Assembly: GCA_963708185.1 (NCBI GenBank)
Contig: OY970195.1
Location: 512,001 to 576,000 of the forward strand
Direction: 5' to 3'
DNA length: 64,000 nucleotides
Origin: Candidatus Peregrinibacteria bacterium
Lineage (GTDB): Bacteria; Patescibacteriota; Gracilibacteria; UBA1369
In this document: one piece after another, positions 10,280-20,906 of the stretch
How positions within the stretch are numbered: the first letter of the stretch is position 1
Layout of the letters: each line of letters begins with the position of its first letter
Program-made: the position numbers and the translations under genes
Notes under the pieces: generated by a model
Told to the model about the DNA's origin: nothing
Databases searched by the model: none
Seen by the model: the letters and a program-made list of their open reading frames with translations, nothing else

Positions 10280-10756
10280 ATGGACAATCCAAATACCATC
10301 GAAAGACCCGGAGGTGGATCCCCCGAAAGGGAAAAACCGGAAAAAAAGCGAGAGGAGTCCCGCGAGGTTCGTGAAACCTCGAAAGAGTTCGTTGAAGGCG
10401 TGTCCGAGGTTGTTGAAAGCGTTGAAACCGGTGAAGTTTCTGAAAAGACCGGGGAGGACAAGAAAAAAGGTCCTCAGGGGAAATTCCCTTCAGGCGGCGG
10501 GGCGGCGCAGACAAAAGTTCAGCTCCAGCCTCTGAGTTTACCCCGCATAGAGGTCATGCAGATTCAGATCGCAACGGCCATCAAAAAAGAGATCGCCGTT
10601 CTGGAAAAGGAAGCTGTCCGGGTGAGTGATAAGCCTTTTGCCTTAAGTGAGGTCGTCGGGAAAATCCGTGATTTGAGAAACATACTTTCCAATCTTACGC
10701 ATTTAACGTTCGAAGCCCTCAAGGGACTCTGGATGAAGTTCGTGAAAAAGGGTTAA
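10280..10756 (+). CDS. Hypothetical protein (charged N-terminus, helical C-terminus)
   Basis: 158-aa ORF with ATG, ending 14 nt before nadC. Confidence 0.7.
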   Translation: MDNPNTIERPGGGSPEREKPEKKREESREVRETSKEFVEGVSEVVESVETGEVSEKTGEDKKKGPQGKFPSGGGAAQTKVQLQPLSLPRIEVMQIQIATAIKKEIAVLEKEAVRVSDKPFALSEVVGKIRDLRNILSNLTHLTFEALKGLWMKFVKKG

Positions 10757-10770
10757 TTGATCAGCAACCC

Positions 10771-11760
10771 ATGACGAAACACCTGCAAAGCAAACGGTTG
10801 GATGCGGTTTCTAAAACTCACGCCTACGAAAAGGGATTCAGCGAGGGATCGAGAGAGTATGGACGAGCTATCGCCGATCATCTGGCGGAGCCATTTTTAA
10901 TGGACTCGCGAGGAGGTGACATCACCACGGAAGCTGTGATCCCAGTTTCGACAAAAGTCCGCGCTTCCCTTTTAGCCAAGCAAGAGGGAATTTTTGCCGG
11001 AATGAGCGACGTTGAGTTTTTTTTCAAGAAACCGTGGACACTTTCCGGCGGTGAAACGATCGACCTCACCGACGTAGAAGTTCTGCATATCACGAATGAT
11101 GGTGCCCATGTTACCGCGGGGATGGCACTGGCAGTCTTGAAAGGCCCGATCAACGAACTGCTCGCAATAGAAAGAACGGTGTTGAATTTTCTGCAACGCA
11201 TGAGCGGTGTCGCGACGATGGCTCGTCAATATGCCGATGCCTGTGCCGGGTTTGATGTACTGGTTTGTTCAACGAGGAAAACACCGTTCGGACTGCTTGA
11301 TAAGAAAGCCTGTCTTATTGGCGGAGCCGGAACGCATCGTCTCGGCCTCGGTGATGCCGTCCTCGTCAAAGATACCCATCTTGCTTTGATCCATCATGAT
11401 TTCGGTGAGCTTGGCAAAAGACTGCTCGCGGCAAAAAAGCTTGGGAGATTCGTGGAAGTGGAAGTTGAGTCCGTGGAGGATGCCTGGAAAGCCGCGGCCG
11501 TCCTTGACGGCGTTCACCGGCAAAGGAAGGTCCCGTGTTTTATCATGCTCGACAACATGCATCCCAAAAAGATCGGGGAGTTCATGAATTCGTTCAAGGA
11601 TTCTCCGCTCTTTGAACATATTTTTGTTGAGGCTTCAGGAGGTATCACCCTGAAAAATATCCGCGAGTTCGCGGAGGCGGGTGTTGACGTGATTTCGGTC
11701 GGTGCGATGACTCATTCGGCGCCGGCCCTCGATATTTCGCTGAAGATATCTTCGATTTAG
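10771..11760 (+). CDS. nadC: Quinolinate phosphoribosyltransferase
   Basis: GDITT, ERTVLNFLQRMSGVAT, TRKT.FG, HRLGL.DAVLVKDTH, EVEV, IMLDN, EASGGI, ISVGAMTHSA. Confidence 0.93.
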   Translation: MTKHLQSKRLDAVSKTHAYEKGFSEGSREYGRAIADHLAEPFLMDSRGGDITTEAVIPVSTKVRASLLAKQEGIFAGMSDVEFFFKKPWTLSGGETIDLTDVEVLHITNDGAHVTAGMALAVLKGPINELLAIERTVLNFLQRMSGVATMARQYADACAGFDVLVCSTRKTPFGLLDKKACLIGGAGTHRLGLGDAVLVKDTHLALIHHDFGELGKRLLAAKKLGRFVEVEVESVEDAWKAAAVLDGVHRQRKVPCFIMLDNMHPKKIGEFMNSFKDSPLFEHIFVEASGGITLKNIREFAEAGVDVISVGAMTHSAPALDISLKISSI

Positions 11761-12077
11761 GCGGGTGCGCTCATGAGGTGCAGGTGGACGTGGAACACTT
11801 CCTGGCCGGCGCCTTTCCCGGTACTGATGAGCAGACGATAGTCGTTCATGCCATGCTTTTTGGCCAGTTCACTCGCGACCATGAGCATGCGCCCAAGGGT
11901 CGGTTCATCCTCGGCGGTGACGTCCTTCATTGTCCCGATGTGTTTTTTGGGAATGATGAGGATATGTTTTTTTGCGCGAGGATTGATGTCGTGGAACGCC
12001 ACGCAAAGGTCGTCCTCGTGTTCAAGCTTCGAAGGAATTTCTTTGGCGATGATTTTACAGAAAACACAGTCGTTCAT
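11757..12077 (-). CDS. HIT-family nucleotide-binding protein
   Basis: CVFCKI, AFHDINP, GQEVFHVHLHL histidine triad. Confidence 0.95.
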   Translation of the reverse strand: MNDCVFCKIIAKEIPSKLEHEDDLCVAFHDINPRAKKHILIIPKKHIGTMKDVTAEDEPTLGRMLMVASELAKKHGMNDYRLLISTGKGAGQEVFHVHLHLMSAPA

Positions 12078-12147
12078 GATGGTGGAGTTACGAAAAAAGT
12101 CTCCCCTAGATTACTGGAAGGCTTTTGGAAATTCAATTGGAGTCTGT

Positions 12148-13263
<1,116 letters not shown>

Positions 13264-13543
13264 AACAAGCGGCGTAAAGTGATTTTTTGCTCGTGGCTAC
13301 TGAGAGATTAGGCTTAAATAATTTGAGTGTCAAGAAAGAAATTTGATATCCGCGCAACCTTGTATCACATATATAAAGGGATGAATTTTGCTCCAATATT
13401 CCTATTTTGTCAACGTTATTTTTTAAAAGCAATGTAATAAAAGCGTTTTTTGTGTTTGCTATGGCCTTTTCCTATATATTTGTTAAAATTGTTCAGTGTG
13501 GGTTTTAAGAGCTTTTCAAGCTATTAAGGCCTCCAAAACACTT

Positions 13544-13628
13544 GCCGGGGTGGTGAAATGGCAGACACGCTAGCCTTAGGAGCTAGTGCCCACAAGGCGT
13601 GGAGGTTCAAGTCCTCTCCCCGGCACCA
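13544..13628 (+). tRNA. tRNA-Leu(TAG)
   Basis: GCCGGGG/CCCCGGC acceptor, anticodon arm CTAGC-CT TAG GA-GCTAG, long variable arm, GGTTCAAGTCC, encoded CCA. Confidence 0.96.
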
Positions 13629-13642
13629 TTTTCAACCAACCT

Positions 13643-14539
13643 ATGTGGGTTTTCATCGCTTTTGGATCGTCCTTCTTCTACGGCGCGGCCAATGTTCTGG
13701 ATAACTTTCTTACGAATCGACTCTTCAAAAGTATCTGGACGCTGGTTTTTTGGGGACTTTGCATCGACATTCTGTTCCTACCCGTCATATGGTATTTCGC
13801 TCCGCCGGCCCTCCCGCCCGTGAACATGCTTCCTTTTATCATTCTCACGGGGTTTTTGGAGATTGCCTATCTTTTTCCTTACTACAAGGCACTGCAAAAA
13901 GACGACACTTCCGTTGTTTCGTCGCTTTTTTCACTCGGAAGGATATTTATTCCAGCTTTTGCCTTTCTGATCGTCGGCGAAGTTTTGAAGCCCGAGCAGT
14001 ATTTCGGATTTTTTCTCATCATTGTCTGCAGCAGCCTGCTCACGCTCCAGGACATCAAAAAATTCAAATTCAACGCCTCATTTTTTTACATGCTGCTTGT
14101 TGCGATCGTCCTGGCGTTGGATACGGTCATCTATAAATACATTTTGAATGCGGTTCCCTGGAGTACCGCTTTCACGTTCGTCCTTGTATCCTCCTGGGGA
14201 TTCTCCCTGTGCTTTCTGCTCCATCAGAAAGCAAGGAAAGATATCGTGATCCAACTCAAAGAACACCGGGCTTCTTTCAAGTTCTTAACGCTTGAGGAAA
14301 TCATGGCTTTTACCGGAAACACAGCCGGAACCTTCGTCCTTTCGCTCGTTCCCGTGACGCTGGCAAGAGGGCTTATGGCCTTCACGCCGTTCATTGTTCT
14401 TTTTTACGGTGTGGTTCTGAACAGATTTTTCCCAAAACTGTTCCATGAAAACGTCGAAAGAAAAAATATTATGAAGAAAATTCTGCTCTTCCTGATTACC
14501 CTCGTCGGAGTCTATCTGATCGCCCGTGCGGAGGTGTAA
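13643..14539 (+). CDS. EamA/DMT-family membrane transporter
   Basis: About 10 hydrophobic segments, YYKAL..DD.S.V, FLIVGE.L...Q..G; start moved to ATG 13643 just after the tRNA. Confidence 0.85.
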   Translation: MWVFIAFGSSFFYGAANVLDNFLTNRLFKSIWTLVFWGLCIDILFLPVIWYFAPPALPPVNMLPFIILTGFLEIAYLFPYYKALQKDDTSVVSSLFSLGRIFIPAFAFLIVGEVLKPEQYFGFFLIIVCSSLLTLQDIKKFKFNASFFYMLLVAIVLALDTVIYKYILNAVPWSTAFTFVLVSSWGFSLCFLLHQKARKDIVIQLKEHRASFKFLTLEEIMAFTGNTAGTFVLSLVPVTLARGLMAFTPFIVLFYGVVLNRFFPKLFHENVERKNIMKKILLFLITLVGVYLIARAEV

Positions 14540-14602
14540 AATTCTTGGTGTTCGCAAAAAACTCCAGTATAGTTACGAAGCCTGAATTTTTCGTTTGTAG
14601 AA

Positions 14603-17600
14603 ATGTCTTTCGTTCACTTACACGTCCATTCCCATTACAGCCTTCTTGACGGTTTCGGGACCCCCAAATCCATCGTGCAGCGGGCCAAGGAGCTCGGCAT
14701 GCCTGCGGTCGCCATGACCGATCACGGGGTGCTCTACGGAGCCATTGAGTTTTATAAAGCTGCCCGTGCAGAAGGTATTCAACCGATCATCGGGTGTGAA
14801 GTTTACGTCGCGCCCGGCTCAAGGTTCGATAAAACCCCTGGAACCGAAAACAAACCCTATCATCTGGTGCTGCTCGCGACGTCCACCGAAGGGTACCTCA
14901 ACTTGATGAATCTGGTGAGCAAGGCGCACATCGAAGGATTCTATTACAAACCGCGCATGGATCACGGGTTGATGAAAGCCCACAGCAAAGGCATCATCGC
15001 GTTGAGTTCCTGTCTGGCCGGAGAAGTGGCCCAGGCCGTCGCCAACGGCGATGAAAAAAAACAACTCGAGGTCATTGCCCGTTATCAGGATATTTTCGGC
15101 AAGGAAAATTTTTATCTTGAACTTCAGGATCATCCGTTCATCGATGAACAGAAAGTTTTGAACGATCGTCTCATCGAACTTTCAAAGATCACCGGGGCGC
15201 CGCTCGTCGCCACCCAGGATTCGCATTACGTCCGCCCGTCCGACAGCACGTCCCAGGACATTCTTCTTTGTATCCAGACCCAATCGACGCTCCAGGAAGA
15301 AGGACGCATGAAGTTCCAGGGTGATTTTTCACTCCGCACCGAAGAGGAGATGCGCGAAAGTTTCAAGCATGTTCCCGATGCCATCGAAAACTCAGTAAAA
15401 ATCGCCGAGCGCTGCAAGGTGGAGATCGAATTCGGGGAGAACCTTATCCCGGTTTTTAAAACGCCCGGCAATGAAACCCCCCAAACGTATCTGCGTAAGT
15501 TATGCGAGGAAGGATTGAAGAAAAAATACGGCGACCCTCCTCCTGAACATGCCGCCAAACAGCTGGATTATGAACTTGGCATCGTCCACAAGATGGGCTT
15601 CGACGATTACTTTCTCATCGTGTGGGATTTTGTTCGTTACGCCAAGGACGCAGGGATCACCGTCGGACCAGGACGCGGTTCCGCCGCCGGGTCGCTCATT
15701 ACCTACACCCTCAACATCACCCAGCTCGATCCGCTCCGTTACGGTCTGATCTTTGAACGCTTTCTGAATCCGGAACGTATCAGCATGCCGGATATAGATA
15801 TTGATTTCGCGGACACGCGCCGCAACGAAGTGCTCAATTACGTGGCGGAAAAGTACGGACGGGAATGCGTGGCACAGATCATCACCTTCGGGACGATGGC
15901 GGCGCGTGCGGCAGTCCGAGACGTTGGAAGAGCCATGGCCTATCCTTATGCAGAAGTCGATAAAATCGCCAAACTTGTTCCCCCTCCTTTTCAGGGAAGG
16001 CACGTCCCGCTGGAAAAATCCATCGAGGACGATCCGGAACTGCACAACCTTTACAAAACCGATCCCCGAGCGAAAGCTCTCCTCGATAACGCGGTCAAGC
16101 TCGAAGGCTCGGTCCGGCATGCGGGGACGCACGCTTCCGCGGTGGTGATGTCGGAAAAACCTTTGGTAAACTATACTCCCCTGCAGCGTTCCACCGGAGG
16201 CGGCGAAGAAATCATCACACAGTATTCGATGAAACCGCTGGAGGAGATCGGCCTCTTGAAGATGGACTTTCTCGGACTGAAGAACCTGACGATCATCCAG
16301 GGGATTCTTCATCTTTTGAAGTCTCTTCACAACATCGATCTTCAGCTGGAGACCATCCCCATGAACGACGCCCAGACCTTCGAACTTCTGCAAAAAGGCG
16401 ACACCACCGGCGTGTTCCAGCTTGAATCCGCAGGTATGCGCCGCTATATCCGTGAACTGAAACCAACAAGCTTCGAAGACATCATCGCCATGATTTCGTT
16501 GTACCGGCCCGGGCCGATGGAATGGATTCCCCAGTACATTAAAGGGAAACATCATCCGGAAACGATCCGCTACCTGCATCCTTCATTTGAAAATATTCTC
16601 AAGGAGACCAACGGCGTCGCCATTTACCAGGAGCAGATTTTGCAGCTTGCCCGTGATTTTGCGGGATTCAGCCTCGGAGAGGCGGACTTGCTGCGCAAGG
16701 CGGTGGGTAAAAAGATTCCTGCCCTGCTCAACGAACAAAAAGAAAAACTTATCAAGGGAGCCGTTGCGAAAGGCCACGACAAGAAATTTGCTGAAGAGGT
16801 TTTCGAAAAAGTCATTGAACCTTTTGCGGGTTATGGCTTCAACAAGGCTCATGCAGCCTGCTACGCCATGATTTCCTATCAGACGGCGTACCTCAAGGCG
16901 CACTATCCAACGGAGTTCATGGCAGCCCTTCTTTCCGCCGACGCGGACAACACCGACCGCATCATTCTCGAGATCAACGAATGTAACGAAATGGGCATTG
17001 CTGTCCTCTCACCGTCCATCAGCGAATCGTTTCTCAATTTTACCGTCGTCGACAGCAAAACGATCCGTTTCGGTCTCGCCGCCATCAAGGGTCTTGGGGC
17101 CGGTACCGTCGAAGAGATTCTTCAGGCCCGCAAACAGGGCAAATTCGTTTCACTCGAAGATTTCCTGAAGCGCGTCCCGAGCAGACTTCTCAACAAGAAA
17201 ACCATCGAAGCCCTCGCTTATTCCGGTGCGCTCGATGAGTTCGGCGACCGCAAGGTCCTGGCGTTGAGCTATGACGAACTTTCAAAATTCTCCAAGTATT
17301 CCCAGGAGGTCAATGCCCAGGGGCAGACGGATATTTTCGGCATGATGTCGGAGCCCGGGGAAAGCGGAGCTTTTTCCATCGAAATCAAAAAAGATATCCC
17401 CCCCGCCACCTTCATGGAGAAACTGACCTGGGAAAAAGAGTATCTCGGACTCTACGTTTCAGGTCATCCGCTGAAAGGCCTGCGCAAATACATGGCAAAA
17501 AAAGTCCAGCTTGTTGATAAGTTGACGAAAAGGAACGTCGGAAGAACAGTGAAGCTCGGCGGCTTGTTGACGCAGATCAAACGCGTCTTCACCAAATCCG

Positions 17601-18184
17601 GCAGCTATATGGCGTACGCGACGCTTGAGGACCCCACAGGACGCATCGACGTGGTGATTTTTCCGAAAGTTTACGCCCAGTTCCAGAATATTCTCAAAGA
17701 CGACCACCTGTTCATGATGGAGGGGAGACTCGATCTGCGCCGCGACGCCTTCCAGTTTTCCGTCAACACCCTGACGCCGGTTTCACTCGACAGCATGATC
17801 AAAAACGCCAAAGCGGAAGGGCTGTACGACGAAAAAGAAAAAGTGGTCCGCAAGCAGAAAATTCTGGAAGCTGCCGCGCAGCACGACCCTTTGGAAGAAG
17901 AGGGTGACTTCGGCGCTCCGCCTGCGAAACTTTCCTCACAGGGTGTGAACGAAGGCTGGCAGGAAGATCCTTTTATCATCGAGATCCCCGCTAATTTCGA
18001 CATGAATTCCATGCAGCGTATCAAACAGCTTCTCACCGAAAATCCCGGCCAGAGACGGGTTGAGCTTCACATCCATTCCCCCTCCGGGATTCAAAAAATT
18101 AAACTTCCTTTTGACATCAACGTATCGGAAGAATTGAAGACCCGGCTGAAGGACATGCTGCCGAGTTCTCACCATTCGGGCTGA
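14603..18184 (+). CDS. dnaE: DNA polymerase III alpha subunit
   Basis: PHP HLHVHSHYSLLDG, GRGSAAGS, MPDIDIDF, KMDFLGL, YGFNKAH, OB fold. Confidence 0.98.
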   Translation: MSFVHLHVHSHYSLLDGFGTPKSIVQRAKELGMPAVAMTDHGVLYGAIEFYKAARAEGIQPIIGCEVYVAPGSRFDKTPGTENKPYHLVLLATSTEGYLNLMNLVSKAHIEGFYYKPRMDHGLMKAHSKGIIALSSCLAGEVAQAVANGDEKKQLEVIARYQDIFGKENFYLELQDHPFIDEQKVLNDRLIELSKITGAPLVATQDSHYVRPSDSTSQDILLCIQTQSTLQEEGRMKFQGDFSLRTEEEMRESFKHVPDAIENSVKIAERCKVEIEFGENLIPVFKTPGNETPQTYLRKLCEEGLKKKYGDPPPEHAAKQLDYELGIVHKMGFDDYFLIVWDFVRYAKDAGITVGPGRGSAAGSLITYTLNITQLDPLRYGLIFERFLNPERISMPDIDIDFADTRRNEVLNYVAEKYGRECVAQIITFGTMAARAAVRDVGRAMAYPYAEVDKIAKLVPPPFQGRHVPLEKSIEDDPELHNLYKTDPRAKALLDNAVKLEGSVRHAGTHASAVVMSEKPLVNYTPLQRSTGGGEEIITQYSMKPLEEIGLLKMDFLGLKNLTIIQGILHLLKSLHNIDLQLETIPMNDAQTFELLQKGDTTGVFQLESAGMRRYIRELKPTSFEDIIAMISLYRPGPMEWIPQYIKGKHHPETIRYLHPSFENILKETNGVAIYQEQILQLARDFAGFSLGEADLLRKAVGKKIPALLNEQKEKLIKGAVAKGHDKKFAEEVFEKVIEPFAGYGFNKAHAACYAMISYQTAYLKAHYPTEFMAALLSADADNTDRIILEINECNEMGIAVLSPSISESFLNFTVVDSKTIRFGLAAIKGLGAGTVEEILQARKQGKFVSLEDFLKRVPSRLLNKKTIEALAYSGALDEFGDRKVLALSYDELSKFSKYSQEVNAQGQTDIFGMMSEPGESGAFSIEIKKDIPPATFMEKLTWEKEYLGLYVSGHPLKGLRKYMAKKVQLVDKLTKRNVGRTVKLGGLLTQIKRVFTKSGSYMAYATLEDPTGRIDVVIFPKVYAQFQNILKDDHLFMMEGRLDLRRDAFQFSVNTLTPVSLDSMIKNAKAEGLYDEKEKVVRKQKILEAAAQHDPLEEEGDFGAPPAKLSSQGVNEGWQEDPFIIEIPANFDMNSMQRIKQLLTENPGQRRVELHIHSPSGIQKIKLPFDINVSEELKTRLKDMLPSSHHSG

Positions 18185-18189
18185 AAATT

Positions 18190-18891
18190 TCACACTCCGA
18201 TCCATCGCAGTGAACGTTTTACGACGACGACCGCGTTTTTCCAGGCGCATTTTCCGTGGGCAATGATCAACTGTCTGGGGTTCCATTTGATTACGCGTTT
18301 GATCGCTGTCCGGGCTTTGTTTTTGTGCAGAAAAGTCGCACGCCATTCGCGGGGCGTGCTGCCGTTATCACCAACCAGCCCGTCGAGTTTCATGATCAGA
18401 GCTGTGATTCCATGCACTTTTTTCGGATCGAATCGCTGGATCAGATCGCAAACCATCAAGGTGCGGCTGGTTTTGTGAAAAAACAAAACCTCATCAAGCA
18501 CGAAACTTCCATGCACAATCACCTGGTCGATTTCTTTGGCCCAGCCCGGATAGGGGTCGTCGCCCAGTTCCAGGTCGAAGTTCAGATCTTTTCTTTTTTT
18601 CTTCAGCCCGGGGGAAGCGACCATGATTGCATCGGGCCATTTGGCTGCCCATTCACCCAAAAAAAGATAGTGCAGCTTGTTGGGAGAAATCAGAAAGGAG
18701 ACTTTTCCCAAAGCTTCGATCTCTCGAATCAATCCGTTCGTTAAAGCGATCGGAGACCATATCCAAAGCTTTTCTCCGCTTAAACGCACCACAACCATTC
18801 TCGTGGGATACGCGAAACCGAAAAAAGAGACCGGTGATCCGTCGGCCATCCAGATTTCGTTCCCGATTTTTTTCAGCGCGTCTTTCGTCAT
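18190..18891 (-). CDS. DUF4336-family metallo-beta-lactamase-like protein
   Basis: TRMVVVRL..LWIWSP, ISPNKLH, EVLFFH..SRTL...D, IIAHG; start chosen at ATG 18891. Confidence 0.85.
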   Translation of the reverse strand: MTKDALKKIGNEIWMADGSPVSFFGFAYPTRMVVVRLSGEKLWIWSPIALTNGLIREIEALGKVSFLISPNKLHYLFLGEWAAKWPDAIMVASPGLKKKRKDLNFDLELGDDPYPGWAKEIDQVIVHGSFVLDEVLFFHKTSRTLMVCDLIQRFDPKKVHGITALIMKLDGLVGDNGSTPREWRATFLHKNKARTAIKRVIKWNPRQLIIAHGKCAWKNAVVVVKRSLRWIGV

Positions 18892-19022
18892 GACGCAGGA
18901 ATGCCCGACCCCGTAAATAACGGCAAAAACCCGCATGGTTCAAAGACCGGGTCGGGGCTTTAAAAATAAGGCAAAAAATGGTATAATGATAAGATAAAAA
19001 AATACAAAAACCAAAAAACAAT

Positions 19023-20375
19023 ATGGCCCAAATGAAAACTCCCGGAGACGGGCGGGACGAGGCGACCGGCCTCCACAGTCCGCAAAGTCTCCGTAAAAAC
19101 CAGCAGGATAAGGAGAACACCGCCGAAAGAGCGGAGGTTTCCCGGGAAGAAAAAAAAGATGAATCGCCTCAGGTTCGCAAGCTGAAACGTTTCATCGAGT
19201 TCAGGGAAATCGTAAAAGTTAAAAATTTTCTCGAAGAGCTGAACGGGGAAGTCGGTGCGGTAAGTTCCGAAACCAAAAAAAACATCGGTCCGATCAAGGC
19301 GGAAAAACATCTCTGGTTGCCCCGTGAAATCGATGCCTTTCTCATTCATTGTGTCAGCAAGGGTGATTATGCGGATGCCCTGGATTTTTTCAATAACAAC
19401 GAACAGTACATTCTCGAGCAATGGGTAGACGGTTATCTTAACGCAAAAAGCTATCATCAGGCTGCAGATACTCTTCGTCAATATGCGAAAACAAAACCCC
19501 ACAAGGAAATGAAGGAAAAAGAGATTGAGCTCGAGGAGGACATCGACAAAGAAATTCTCAGCGGCAGAGATACGCTGATCGATATAAAACTGAACGGTTA
19601 CGTTCCCGAACACGACAGGGTGTGGAGCATGATCCATCATGGTTGCTACGCCCAGGCTGCAGAATTGTGTGACCGACTCAATGCTCAAGAGTACAATGGG
19701 GAAACGCTGGAAGAGGCCATCACGAAACGCGGGACACAGAAATCCTCACAAAAAGACACTGTTCCGACGCCGATGCGGGTTGAAGAGACGCCTTCACAAG
19801 TTGAAAACCGTCACGAAGAAGAACTGTTGCGTGCGTTGCCGGAAACCGCTGAAAAGATGAGAGTGGTTTTTGAAAATGTTCCGGAACTTATCTCCCATTA
19901 CCATCACCTGGCAAATATTGATGTAAACGACATGCTTTATCTCGAGGCACTGAAAAGCTCCTTTGAACCTATGATCAACAGGCTTTTCGACGAACAGAAA
20001 GTCGTCATCAAAGAAAAAGGCATGGTGCCCCCGCAGGAGGATCTCCTGGGCATCGTCGATGATCTCGGCTATCTGGGACTCCATCTTTACATCAACAAGC
20101 GCAGCAACGACAATGAACTTCATCTGCTCCCAGAACACGAAGCCGATCCTGATTACTATTCGCAGGTCGATTTGAACGATCTCACCCCAAACGACATCGT
20201 TCTCGATGACCGGAATTTCAACGAAATCGAACCGGTCACGCTGCGGATGGACGAAGAAAAAACGCTTACGGGGAAGGAGCCTACTGTACGCCGCGAGGCC
20301 AAAAAATTCGTCTGGACTTCAAAAGTCGTTACGATGAAACACGAAAAGGCGGAGGAACTCCGCCGGGCGGCGTAA
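19023..20375 (+). CDS. Hypothetical acidic protein
   Basis: 450-aa ORF downstream of TATAAT; no family recognised. Confidence 0.75.
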   Translation: MAQMKTPGDGRDEATGLHSPQSLRKNQQDKENTAERAEVSREEKKDESPQVRKLKRFIEFREIVKVKNFLEELNGEVGAVSSETKKNIGPIKAEKHLWLPREIDAFLIHCVSKGDYADALDFFNNNEQYILEQWVDGYLNAKSYHQAADTLRQYAKTKPHKEMKEKEIELEEDIDKEILSGRDTLIDIKLNGYVPEHDRVWSMIHHGCYAQAAELCDRLNAQEYNGETLEEAITKRGTQKSSQKDTVPTPMRVEETPSQVENRHEEELLRALPETAEKMRVVFENVPELISHYHHLANIDVNDMLYLEALKSSFEPMINRLFDEQKVVIKEKGMVPPQEDLLGIVDDLGYLGLHLYINKRSNDNELHLLPEHEADPDYYSQVDLNDLTPNDIVLDDRNFNEIEPVTLRMDEEKTLTGKEPTVRREAKKFVWTSKVVTMKHEKAEELRRAA

Positions 20376-20378
20376 GAT

Positions 20379-20729
20379 TCAAACGTTGTCGATACTGCCC
20401 ATCAGTGTTCTGATTTTATGGCTGATCTCATCCGAAAAGATCTGGATGGCCTTTTTGGCGACGAGCGTATAAAACTTTTCCGGGGACATCATGAAGTCGC
20501 CGTCGAGCCGGTGGGTGAGAATAAAATTTCCGCTTTCCGCATCGAAACGGATGGCAAGGATATCCTTGTCCGGCTGCTCTTTCCAGTAATCGTTCAGTCT
20601 TTGTGCGTCACCCTTACAGCGTTCTTCGCTGAAAATGATTCTTTTCAGGGCGTCGCCGACTTTGGGAAGGTCAGAACGGTGGTTACGAATATAATGAAGT
20701 GCACCATCTTTACTGTCAGCTGGGGGCAT
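20379..20729 (-). CDS. Hypothetical protein
   Basis: 116-aa ORF convergent with 19023..20375; no family recognised. Confidence 0.6.
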   Translation of the reverse strand: MPPADSKDGALHYIRNHRSDLPKVGDALKRIIFSEERCKGDAQRLNDYWKEQPDKDILAIRFDAESGNFILTHRLDGDFMMSPEKFYTLVAKKAIQIFSDEISHKIRTLMGSIDNV

Positions 20730-20906
20730 ATTCCTTGGTTAAGGCATCGTATATTACGATGATTTTTTTATTTTGTCAACTTTTTCTTGTTTTTGTGCGA
20801 ATTCAAAGGGCCACTGCGTTGTGCTTCCATTGATTTTCAGGCCTTTTGACCGTACAATCCATGATGCAGTCTGTTTTTCCAGACCTCCCTTTCTTTGTTT
20901 TGTCTT

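Noticed and set aside
13586-13642. N-terminal extension of the EamA ORF
   Set aside because: Overlaps tRNA-Leu; ATG at 13643 is the plausible start.
14603-18184. Intein in DnaE or ClpC
   Set aside because: Lengths are normal and no Cys..His-Asn splicing insertions or LAGLIDADG motifs were seen.
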